Shown: in pieces, positions 1 through 7,920 of the stretch | How the letters are laid out: every line of letters begins with the position of its first letter | How positions within the stretch are numbered: the first letter of the stretch is position 1 | Virus record (IMG/VR): IMGVR_UViG_3300020592_000107 | Location: 1 to 39,115 of that record | DNA length: 39,115 bases | From: a virus | Taxonomy: Duplodnaviria > Caudoviricetes | Reading direction: 5' to 3' (one strand) | Position numbers and translations under genes: made by a program | The notes under the pieces: generated by a model | Database searches by the model: none | Told to the model about the DNA's origin: nothing | What the model saw: only the letters and a program-made list of their open reading frames with translations

Positions 1-612
1 TCAGCACGTACACGCGAGGCGCGCGCAGGCACTCGCGACATCGAGCGCAGCGCGCATCGGGCCGAACGTCCCCAACGCCTCCGCGTACTCCAGCAGCAGT
101 GCCGGCTTCGAGTTCGGTGCTGCCAGATATCGGTGAAGCGCGGCGTGCGCGATCGGCTCGCCAAGGCGTCTCCGGAATCTCATGAGATCCACCACCGTCC
201 TCGCCGCATTGTAGATACGCACGGGCTCTCCCGGACCCGCCTCGAACGAGGCCAAACCCAGTTCAAACGTGGCCTCCTCGAAGCGAAACACCGTCACGGC
301 CGGGTAAGCGATCACCGGTGAATGCGACCGCTTGGGCACAGCGATCTGCACTGACGCCGGCATCTCATCCGTCAGGTCGTGGATCGTCGCCGCCGAGACG
401 CAGCACACGATCGCGCGAGGAGCGCGGTGCGCCACAGCGATCATGTCGGGGTAGGACGCCGGGGGCGCGTCGGCTCGACGGAAGACCCCGCGCGAGAGTT
501 CGACGATCCGCCCCCCATCTCGCCAGGCATACAGATCTCGCGGATGCACACCGTGCGCCCGCGAGGTCTCCGTCGTGAACGTCGACGGGAGCGACTCGTC
601 CAGCTCCTTCAT
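1..612 (-). CDS. Type IV toxin-antitoxin AbiEi-family antitoxin (host gene, outside prophage)
   Basis: N-terminal winged-HTH (GVHPRDLYAWRDGGRIVELSRGVFR), followed by SAATIHDLTD and YNAARTVVDLMR motifs typical of AbiEi antitoxins. No toxin gene is visible in the window. Confidence 0.8.
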   Translation of the reverse strand: MKELDESLPSTFTTETSRAHGVHPRDLYAWRDGGRIVELSRGVFRRADAPPASYPDMIAVAHRAPRAIVCCVSAATIHDLTDEMPASVQIAVPKRSHSPVIAYPAVTVFRFEEATFELGLASFEAGPGEPVRIYNAARTVVDLMRFRRRLGEPIAHAALHRYLAAPNSKPALLLEYAEALGTFGPMRAALDVASACARLACTC

Positions 613-660
613 GGATACAATCCTCGCACAGGCCGCTCAACTATGTGCGGTTTTTATCCA
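612..660. promoter_or_regulatory. Imperfect inverted repeat upstream of abiEi, candidate autoregulatory operator
   Basis: TGGATAcaatcctCGCACA ... TGTGCGgttttTATCCA abuts the start codon. AbiEi proteins are known to bind inverted repeats in their own promoters. Confidence 0.45.
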
Positions 661-918
661 GCTCGGGCAACGCGCTCTTCTCGTTCTGGTCAACAGATCT
701 CGGCCTCAACCATCTCCTGCCGTGAGGTCGACCCCGCGGGGATGTCGGTCGTTCGGTTGCCTCGCTCCCGGATTTGACCTCGACGACATGTTCCTGATGA
801 GAGCGAGACGCCCCTCTCACGGGTTTCTGGTCACCAATGTGGTCACTGGACGCCAGATCGCGGCGCCGACGGAGCGAGGAGGGAGCCGGAATTCCTAGAG
901 AACTCCAGCGATTCGTTG

Positions 919-966
919 CTGGGGTGCCTGGACTCGAACCAAGAACAACTGAACCAGAATCAGCCG
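919..966 (-). other. Prophage att core: displaced 3' half of tRNA-Gln(CTG)
   Basis: The minus strand reads CGGCTGATTCTGGTTCAGTTGTTCTTGGTTCGAGTCCAGGCACCCCAG: anticodon arm (CTG), T-arm and 3' acceptor strand. No D-arm or 5' acceptor strand lies upstream. Confidence 0.85.
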
Positions 967-1054
967 ACGCCGATTCCGCCAGATCACATCACCCCTGATC
1001 AGCGGGCATTTCACTCCCTCGCGAATCCCGACTGATCCCGACAGAATCGGCACC

Positions 1055-1077
1055 ATAAGGTGCAGAATAGGGTGCAG
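1055..1077 (+). repeat. Integrase arm-type binding repeats (left)
   Basis: ATAAGGTGCAGAATAGGGTGCAG is a tandem repeat matching 39060-39082 at 22 of 23 positions. Confidence 0.75.
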
Positions 1078-1195
1078 TCACGCCGCCCTCCTCCCCCGCC
1101 CCCTCACTCTCCGGGCGGTGATCGGGTCGTGCTCCTGGGCTGACCCGCACGCGGTGCGGTGTCCCGGCCGACTTTGTAGGCCGAGAACTGCGCTT

Positions 1196-1321
1196 CGCAT
1201 TGAACGCGTTCTTGACGGTCAGGTCGCCTCGACCATCCGCGAGCACGTCGTGGACTCCAAGGTCAACAACATCAGGCGGATCGACCCACGCGACGCGACG
1301 TTGATCAATCCCGTGAGCTAG
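1196..1321 (+). pseudogene. C-terminal remnant of an SOS response-associated peptidase (SRAP)-like gene
   Basis: IREHVVDSKVNNIRRIDPRDATLINPV resembles the SRAP C-terminal V..VN.vr...p.LI.P motif. No full-length ORF is present. Confidence 0.45.
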
Positions 1322-1411
1322 ACGCGAAATCGACCTCGCGGGGCCGAGTGAGCGACGACTGTCGGGTCGCCGGGTCGAGCTTAGAGGGCACGCGGGTGCC
1401 CCGCGAACGCA

Positions 1412-1461
1412 AAAACCGCCCCGTCACCGGCTCTCATGGAGCACGGTGACGGGGCGGTTTT
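1412..1461. terminator. Bidirectional intrinsic terminator ending the late operon
   Basis: AAAACCGCCCCGTCACCG...CGGTGACGGGGCGGTTTT forms a long stem with A and T tails. Confidence 0.85.
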
Positions 1462-1566
1462 CATATCCCGTAGTTGTCCAAAGTGTCGCGGAGCAGTCTT
1501 CGCTCCGCCGCAGTCAGAGCCCGAGGGTCCGACACAGGCAGCTCGTCGTCAGCGAGCGCGGCAGGG

Positions 1567-1866
1567 TCAGGCGGGTCCGGCGGTGCCATCGGTCTGTCCC
1601 TCTTCAGGGAGGTCACCAGGGCCGACCGGAACGAACGTGGAGGTCGACTGTGCGGGGGTGTTCGCGAGTGCGAGGCCTGCACCACCGGACCCGGCGATGA
1701 CTCCGAAAGCGGCAGCGGTGAACACGAACCACTGAGGGAGGACAGCACCGATCGCAGCGAACCCCGCAGCGCACGCGGCGATCGCCAGGCCGATGATGAC
1801 GATGATCGAGTACACGACCTTGCGGACGGTAGCGTTCGTGATGATGGAGGACAGCTGGTCAGTCAT
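1567..1866 (-). CDS. Holin
   Basis: Start MTDQLSS with AAGGAG RBS; two hydrophobic helices; RKVVY and LALANTP motifs typical of actinophage holins; downstream of the endolysin. Confidence 0.75.
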   Translation of the reverse strand: MTDQLSSIITNATVRKVVYSIIVIIGLAIAACAAGFAAIGAVLPQWFVFTAAAFGVIAGSGGAGLALANTPAQSTSTFVPVGPGDLPEEGQTDGTAGPA

Positions 1867-1874
1867 GAGTCTCC

Positions 1875-2231
1875 TTAGAGGGTGTGGAATCCGGGCACGA
1901 TCAGGGCGAGGACGGTGAGGACGAGTCCGGCACCCACAGCGCCGAGGACGGTCCATCCGAGCTTCGGCAGCCAGGAATTCGTGTCGCGGTCACGCTCAAG
2001 CAGTGCGATGCGTTTCTCTTGGGCGTCCAGTTCGATGTGCACCGGCTCGAGCGACTGCGCGAGTTCGGTTTTGGTCACACGCACGCGCTCAGAGGTGCGC
2101 AGACGTTCCTCGTGGTCCCGGATCTGTCGTTCTACCCAGTCGATGTGATTCGGGATCTTTTCGTTGAGGATCGCGACCTGGGTGATCAAGTCCACAGCCC
2201 AGGAGGGGCGACCCTCGTCATCCGTGGTCAC
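1875..2231 (-). CDS. Lysis-cassette membrane protein (coiled coil plus C-terminal TM helix)
   Basis: GTG start overlaps the endolysin stop (GTGA); coiled coil ending RIALLE; C-terminal hydrophobic helix. Confidence 0.65.
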   Translation of the reverse strand: MTTDDEGRPSWAVDLITQVAILNEKIPNHIDWVERQIRDHEERLRTSERVRVTKTELAQSLEPVHIELDAQEKRIALLERDRDTNSWLPKLGWTVLGAVGAGLVLTVLALIVPGFHTL

Positions 2232-2962
2232 CACTGGATGTCGCCGGCGTGCACGGTGGCGTAGAACGCCCCGTTGCGGTCGACGCCGCGCACCAGACGC
2301 TGGCCGGGGACGAGGTTGAGCAGGTCCTGCCACTGGTAGCCGAGGGACTCACACCACCGGCGCAGGTCGTCGTCGGAGAGCCGGTTGATCGCCGTGCCGG
2401 CGACGACCCCGCCCTTGAGGCCGAGGTAGTTGAGGACCTTGGTCACGTCCTCGTGGACGATGTGGGTGATGCCGGTCGGGTCGCCCATGTAGACGTGCCC
2501 GGTGGTCTCCTGCGTGACGATGGTCATCTCGTCGTCTCCTGTCTGAATGATGGTGGTTCCGGCCGCGATGGTCGGGTGGGGTGTGTAGACGGTGAGGCCG
2601 CCGAAGTCCTCGGTCCAGCCCAGGTAGGTGGTTGTCGGTGAGAATGCGCGGGTTACGGCGTCAATCGACGCGAAGACCTCGTGGCCGACCGCCTGGGCAC
2701 CCTGAGTGACCGGTGAAGACCACACCTGACCGGTGGGCACGTGCAGCATCGCCACATGCCCGGCCGGCTCCCACGAGATCGACCAATAGACCGGCAGCCA
2801 CTCCGCGTCCGCGGGGAAGGTTCTGTCCTCGTGTCGGGCGTTGCTGGCGTACCAATCCGACAGGGCTGTGGGTCGCGCGATCGGTGCGTCTCCCAGGAAT
2901 CGGCTGACGTAGGCGCGACACCACCCGGCAGCCGCGGACGCTTGCAGGTTCATGGCGACCAT
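2228..2962 (-). CDS. Endolysin with N-terminal CHAP/NlpC-like Cys-His peptidase domain
   Basis: GWCRAYV...GHVAML catalytic motifs and YLGWTEDF; GAGGAGG RBS; position between tail genes and holin. Confidence 0.75.
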   Translation of the reverse strand: MVAMNLQASAAAGWCRAYVSRFLGDAPIARPTALSDWYASNARHEDRTFPADAEWLPVYWSISWEPAGHVAMLHVPTGQVWSSPVTQGAQAVGHEVFASIDAVTRAFSPTTTYLGWTEDFGGLTVYTPHPTIAAGTTIIQTGDDEMTIVTQETTGHVYMGDPTGITHIVHEDVTKVLNYLGLKGGVVAGTAINRLSDDDLRRWCESLGYQWQDLLNLVPGQRLVRGVDRNGAFYATVHAGDIQW

Positions 2963-2994
2963 CTGGTCCTCCTCATGAAGTAGCCCCAGGGGGC

Positions 2995-3219
2995 TCAGTG
3001 GATGGTGAGCGACCAGGCATCCCGGTCGTGTGGCGACAGCACGACAGTGCAGTCGCGGGGCAGACGGTTCAGCAGCGTCCGCCATGCGTCGGCGTCGTCT
3101 CGGGTCCCGTCGCCCAGCACCGGCACGGTCGCGTGCCCGAGCCTGAGCGGCCGGTCGATGCGGTACGTGCCGGCAGGAGGACGGGCCGCGCAGCGCTCGA
3201 TATAGTCCGCGTCGTTCAC
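2995..3219 (-). CDS. Small protein made of beta-helix N-terminal cap-like motifs
   Basis: PAGTYRIDRPLRL and GDGTRDDADAW motifs; start overlaps the tailspike stop. Confidence 0.55.
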   Translation of the reverse strand: MNDADYIERCAARPPAGTYRIDRPLRLGHATVPVLGDGTRDDADAWRTLLNRLPRDCTVVLSPHDRDAWSLTIH

Positions 3220-5081
3220 TGCGTCTGGACCAAGTTCAGCGCGACGATCCCGATATCAGCCGGGTAGGTGTCGTTCGAGTCCGTCGCGATCCGAACCGCG
3301 CGCACCCCGATAGGGCCGAGGGTCGCAGGCGTGGTCGCATGCGCTTGGCCGCGGAAAACCCCGCCAGCACCGGATACAGGTATCGAAATCGTGGTGTTCG
3401 CAACCTGATCGGTCATCGTGGCGGAGGGGATCATGCGCGACAGCTGGATTCTTACCGTGCCGGAGGCGGCCGTGGTCGTGCAGATCACCACCTCCACCGC
3501 CACGAGAGTCGCGCCCTCCGGCGGCTCAAGGAACCCGCCCACACCCTCCGAGGTGTCCGGGTCCAACAGCATCACCGGGTAGTTGTTGTTCACCCCAGGA
3601 GTCGGAGACCCGATCGTGGGCGTGAGCGCGGCACCGGACAGACCCCGTGACGGCATCGCCAAGGTGGTCGAGTTCAGCGGCCCGGCGGTGGTGCGCAGGC
3701 GCACCTGCCCGAGCCCGGAGACGGTGGGCGACCCGTTGATGCCGTACCCGGTGCCGCCGGCGACGCTCAGCCCGTCGATCCACACCCGCACCGAGGTTGC
3801 ATCAACGTTCACCGCGTCCCCGGTCGCGGCGACGCCGACCAGCGCCATGCGGGTCGACAGGATCTCCACGTCCGAGCAGCCGGTGAGGAGGATGCCGTGT
3901 CGGCCGATGCGGGACAGTGCGCATCCGACGATGACCAGGCTGGGGCAGTTCACCGCCGTGATCGCGTCGAAGGTGTACAGCGCGGACCCGGTGCCCGTGA
4001 ACAGGTTGTTGCCGATGAAGGGGGAGTCGCAGTACTCCAGATACACGAAACCCGCGGTTGCCTCCTGCACCGTGTTGCCCGAGATCATCAGACCCCGGAT
4101 CGGGGTTCCGGACACACCCACCGCCTGAACGGCCACTCCCATGCAGTTGTTGTCCCAGTAGCTGTCCTGGATCACACCGTGCCGGTAGTCGGTGTGGTCG
4201 TGGATGCTGATCGACGGGCTGCTGCCAGCAACGCCCACAGCATGGAAACGACAGTCGCGGACGATGTTGCCGCGGATGATGTTCGGCTGTCCCATGTCGT
4301 GATAGCTGGGCGTCTTCGCCAGCTGCTCCCAGGCGATCGCGAGCGCGCCGAAAAGCGTCTGCTCCACCGTCAGGTTCCGCCCGTGGGTGATGATCGCCGT
4401 GCCCAGGTTCAGGAAAGAACACTGGGTCACGCGGCCGTCCATGTCCCCAGCGACCGACCCGTAATAGTCGATGCCCACCTGCCACCCGTAGGTGCTGTCC
4501 GCGCCGAAAGCGGAACGTCCCACGATCGAGAAATATTCGAACTGAACGCCCGCGGCCTTGACCTGGAACATGGGCTTGCCCGTGCCGGTGAAAACAAAAC
4601 CCCCGTTGTACTCGTAGCTGGAGGGCCCGACGATACGAAGCGAATCGGTGGTGATCACGATCGTGTCGCTGATCACCGACCATGCCGCCCCCGAGTCAGA
4701 CGGCGGCAGCATGATCGTCGTGCCACGCGGCACCGAGTCCACAAGGTTCTGCCATGCGGCCGTGTCGTCGGTCTCCCCGTCCATCACCACACCGAAGTCG
4801 GCCGCGGACACCATCCCGGTACGGTGACGGGTCAGGTCCCGCAGGGTGCCGTAGAACGGGGAAGCGGGTGTGGTCGCGTAATCGGCCATCGCCTCCGCGG
4901 TCGGGACCGCGTTCACCCCAGGCAAACCCGCGGGCAGCCGGAACGTAAACTGCCGGTTCTGATCGGGGCCGGACATGACCACCGATGCAGGCTCACCCGA
5001 GGGCAGCGTCTCCGCGACAGCCGAAGTGATACGCGCCGCGGGGCCGCGCAAGTTCGTCAGCGTTGTGTAGGTGTCAGCCAC
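3216..5081 (-). CDS. Tailspike/tail fibre with right-handed parallel beta-helix (putative depolymerase)
   Basis: ADFGVVMDGETDDTAAW pectate-lyase-3-like cap; many I.GN/DC.F beta-helix rungs; last gene of the tail module. Confidence 0.8.
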   Translation of the reverse strand: MADTYTTLTNLRGPAARITSAVAETLPSGEPASVVMSGPDQNRQFTFRLPAGLPGVNAVPTAEAMADYATTPASPFYGTLRDLTRHRTGMVSAADFGVVMDGETDDTAAWQNLVDSVPRGTTIMLPPSDSGAAWSVISDTIVITTDSLRIVGPSSYEYNGGFVFTGTGKPMFQVKAAGVQFEYFSIVGRSAFGADSTYGWQVGIDYYGSVAGDMDGRVTQCSFLNLGTAIITHGRNLTVEQTLFGALAIAWEQLAKTPSYHDMGQPNIIRGNIVRDCRFHAVGVAGSSPSISIHDHTDYRHGVIQDSYWDNNCMGVAVQAVGVSGTPIRGLMISGNTVQEATAGFVYLEYCDSPFIGNNLFTGTGSALYTFDAITAVNCPSLVIVGCALSRIGRHGILLTGCSDVEILSTRMALVGVAATGDAVNVDATSVRVWIDGLSVAGGTGYGINGSPTVSGLGQVRLRTTAGPLNSTTLAMPSRGLSGAALTPTIGSPTPGVNNNYPVMLLDPDTSEGVGGFLEPPEGATLVAVEVVICTTTAASGTVRIQLSRMIPSATMTDQVANTTISIPVSGAGGVFRGQAHATTPATLGPIGVRAVRIATDSNDTYPADIGIVALNLVQTQ

Positions 5082-5556
5082 GTCCCACTCTCCTCAAGTC
5101 CCCGATCAGGGGGTCATCCAGCGGCATCTCCTGATCCGCGGCAGGCGAGTACAACCACCAGCCCGGCCAGCCAGTCGGCGGCGGGTCCAGAGACACCCAC
5201 ACCGCCTCCGGCGAGATCGGCGCGCCCGGCAAGTCCTTGAACGCCCCACCCTCCGGCGGAACCTGCACCTTGTTGGGCCACCACCACCGGTTCGTGTACC
5301 CCTCACCCAGGGCAAGCTCGATGATCTCGATCTCAAACCACGTCTCCGGGACCGTCCCGCCCATCGTCGGCACGAGGTTGATCGTCCAATCCGTCGCGTT
5401 CAGCCACGTCACGTCCACCGGCCGGTGCGGCATCAGCTGCTCATTGCGCAGAGACACCGACCCCTGCGCTGACCGGGGATGCCACCGGATGATCGGTGCC
5501 CGGTTGTTCAGCGCCCCCCAGATGAAATCGGAGGCACGGCCCGTCACCTCAGCCAT
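5074..5556 (-). CDS. Minor tail protein
   Basis: Start MAEVTG with purine-rich RBS; overlaps the tailspike start; located in the tail module. Confidence 0.6.
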   Translation of the reverse strand: MAEVTGRASDFIWGALNNRAPIIRWHPRSAQGSVSLRNEQLMPHRPVDVTWLNATDWTINLVPTMGGTVPETWFEIEIIELALGEGYTNRWWWPNKVQVPPEGGAFKDLPGAPISPEAVWVSLDPPPTGWPGWWLYSPAADQEMPLDDPLIGDLRRVGRG

Positions 5557-5566
5557 GCGGACCCCC

Positions 5567-5601
5567 TTGTTTGTATGTGCAGGTGTATGTACGATGCGGG
5601 T
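5567..5601 (+). promoter_or_regulatory. Putative leaderless SigA promoter of the RHH-lipoprotein moron
   Basis: TTGTTT-17bp-TACGAT-6bp-ATG, with the direct repeat TGTATGT twice within it. Confidence 0.5.
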
Positions 5602-5751
5602 ATGGCGCGCAAGGCGATGGCCCACAGGACGATCCGGATACCGGACCAGCTCTGGCAAGATGCAAGAGACGTAGCCGAACGTCGTGACGAGACGGTCAGC
5701 GACGCGATCCGCCGCTTCCTTGAGGGCTACGTACGGAGGAACCAGAAGTGA
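5602..5751 (+). CDS. Ribbon-helix-helix DNA-binding protein (49 aa)
   Basis: MARKAMAHRTIRIPDQLWQDARDVAERRDETVSDAIRRFLEGYV matches the Arc/CopG RHH pattern. Confidence 0.8.
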   Translation: MARKAMAHRTIRIPDQLWQDARDVAERRDETVSDAIRRFLEGYVRRNQK

Positions 5752-6158
5752 AAAGGACCATCCCCGCCGTCCTGATCGCGGCATCCCTCGCCCTCGCCGG
5801 CTGCGCCAGCACGGCGGCAGATCAAGCCAGCACTGCCGCAGGAGCAGCACTGCCGACTGCGACCGCGACAGCAAGCCCAGCCCCGATCGTGATCGACGAC
5901 ACCCCAAACGCCGCTCCGACAGAGTCTGACGCCGACTCGGAATTCATCGAGGCGATCAAGAAGGGATGGACGGACGCTCCTACGGATGAGCAACTGCTCG
6001 CGGCGGGACACTCGGCATGCGACCAGCTCTCTTCCGGCGCAGACCCTGCGTCAATAGTCGTGGTCTCGGGCGACTCTGAAGCTGCGCAGTTCTGGAATCG
6101 GTCGCTTGTACAGACCGCGGCACAGATTCTCTGTCCCGCGCAGTTCAGCAAGTTCTAG
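5748..6158 (+). CDS. Lipoprotein with DUF732-like domain
   Basis: Signal peptide with LAGC lipobox, Ala/Thr/Pro linker, then GHSACDQL...AAQILCP. Confidence 0.8.
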   Translation: MKRTIPAVLIAASLALAGCASTAADQASTAAGAALPTATATASPAPIVIDDTPNAAPTESDADSEFIEAIKKGWTDAPTDEQLLAAGHSACDQLSSGADPASIVVVSGDSEAAQFWNRSLVQTAAQILCPAQFSKF

Positions 6159-6829
6159 GACGGCTTCACCTTCACCACATCGCCGTCGCGCCACAGATCC
6201 CCGAAAGCCAGCCCCGATGAAGTGGCCGGAAGACTGCTCAGGTTCACCTTCGTCCCTGTCACTGTGAGGTCTCCGGATACCTGGGTGCGATCGTCACCAA
6301 CGGAAACTCCGTTCGCTCCGTTCTGCATCGCTACGGTCGAGTTGTAGACGCCGAGGAGCGCGCCACCGTCTGGGGATACGATCGTGCTGCCGGCCACGTT
6401 CCCGATGTACTTCCCGCCCGATGAGAACTCCACGCCTGGCAGCCCAGCAGCAGAAGTCGGGCCAATCGTCAGCGGAATGTCGCCCTCGACGGTGATCTTG
6501 CCTCCCGAGCCGACGGTGATCGTGCCACCGGACCCGACCGTGATCGTGCCACCGTCAGTCAGCGTGAACGTCCCCATCCACGTGATATCCCCGGAACCGT
6601 TCACCTGACCGGTGATCGTCAACGTGCCCTCGACTCCGAGCTCGCCCAGGATGCGCAACAGGCCCTGGACAAGCCCGGATCCGAGCAGTGACCAGGACTC
6701 TTCCCCGATGAACTGCGTCTGCCCCTCCGAAACGGAGGAGTGACCGAGCTGAGGGTTCCGCTCGATCTTCGACAGGCGGGCGAAGGTGCGCTTCAACGGC
6801 GGGGACGCATGATTACGCCGTGCGACCAT
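6155..6829 (-). CDS. Minor tail protein (Gly-rich beta repeats)
   Basis: ATG overlaps the upstream stop (TGATG); GGTITVGS repeats; C-terminal GDLWRDG motif. Confidence 0.65.
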   Translation of the reverse strand: MVARRNHASPPLKRTFARLSKIERNPQLGHSSVSEGQTQFIGEESWSLLGSGLVQGLLRILGELGVEGTLTITGQVNGSGDITWMGTFTLTDGGTITVGSGGTITVGSGGKITVEGDIPLTIGPTSAAGLPGVEFSSGGKYIGNVAGSTIVSPDGGALLGVYNSTVAMQNGANGVSVGDDRTQVSGDLTVTGTKVNLSSLPATSSGLAFGDLWRDGDVVKVKPS

Positions 6830-7911
6830 CACTGCACCTCCAAGTGCACCGTCTGCGTCAAATCCCCAGACATTCCCAGCACGTTGATCTGGCGCCAACC
6901 CTCGGCAAGCCACTCGTTGCCGGGATGCCAGAACTTCAGCACCGCGCCCGGCTGCAGCCCCTGCGCGATCAGATTCGACGCCGTCGACAGCTGCACGTCC
7001 ATCGCGAACTGCTCCGGCAGCTCCCGGTACGCCTGCAGCTCAGCCAACGCCAACGCGTCCAGGGTTCCCTGGTCTGCGACGTCCTTATGGGCGCGAGTTG
7101 CGTCCCGGTACGGGATCACGGTGCCGGGCATGTTGCCGGCTTCCCCGTGCAACATTGCGGCTTCCTGACCGGCACCGATCGTGAACACCCCGGTGAGCTG
7201 GTCGTCGCCGCGGATCGTGGTCTTCACCTTCAGCAGACCAGCGGGGCGGAGACTGTTCACCTGCACGGTGGTCAGGTGCAGAGTGGGGTCCCCGATGAGC
7301 ACATCCCAGGACAAGACCCCGCCGTTGAGCACCGGACGGAAATGCACGTCCGGGCCGCCAGGCAGTGCGGCGAGATTGTCCAGAATCTCGCCAGCGGACT
7401 GGAACTCGTAGTTGTTGAACGTGAACGACTGGTCACCGGACTGGTCGGGCTGATAGTTGAACGGCAGATGCCACGGATCCCCCAAGGGGGGACGGTACGC
7501 GGCGGCGCGAATCACCGCGCGCGCGACACCGCCGATGCTCTTCCCGGTGACGGTCAACGTGCCGGTCGCGTACAGGCCAATCGTGAACAGCTGCCGCAGA
7601 TCGAGCAGCGTGCGCACTTCGGAGGTCCCCACGACGAGCTCGCCCGTGTCGTCGTCCCAGTCCAGGTCACGCACCAGCCCCGCATAGACCGGCTGCCCGT
7701 CCAGGCACTGCACAATGGTTCGCGCCCACGGGGTGAACAGGGCACGGTTCTGCACCTGCCCGTACTTCCAATTGCTGGAGCGCAATCGGAACGTGTGGCT
7801 GCCGTCGCCGGCCTCGTTGATCGCCGACCGCCACCGCCCATCAGCGGCGCGGACGTACCCCTGGAACGTGCCCGTGAGGGTGTCGTGCACGTTCAACGTC
7901 CAATCCAGCAC
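6829..7911 (-). CDS. Minor tail protein (baseplate hub-like)
   Basis: Size and position two genes after the tape measure; typical siphovirus order. Confidence 0.7.
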   Translation of the reverse strand: MLDWTLNVHDTLTGTFQGYVRAADGRWRSAINEAGDGSHTFRLRSSNWKYGQVQNRALFTPWARTIVQCLDGQPVYAGLVRDLDWDDDTGELVVGTSEVRTLLDLRQLFTIGLYATGTLTVTGKSIGGVARAVIRAAAYRPPLGDPWHLPFNYQPDQSGDQSFTFNNYEFQSAGEILDNLAALPGGPDVHFRPVLNGGVLSWDVLIGDPTLHLTTVQVNSLRPAGLLKVKTTIRGDDQLTGVFTIGAGQEAAMLHGEAGNMPGTVIPYRDATRAHKDVADQGTLDALALAELQAYRELPEQFAMDVQLSTASNLIAQGLQPGAVLKFWHPGNEWLAEGWRQINVLGMSGDLTQTVHLEVQ

Positions 7912-7920
7912 GCAGCCCCC

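Noticed and set aside
661-900. Short ORFs between abiEi and att
   Set aside because: No recognisable motifs or RBS; likely intergenic.
919-966. Functional tRNA-Gln gene
   Set aside because: The D-arm and 5' acceptor strand are missing; it is the att duplication.
1360-1385. Second RecA-NDp-like promoter (TGTCGG at 1360)
   Set aside because: No TANNNT at the 10-bp spacing.
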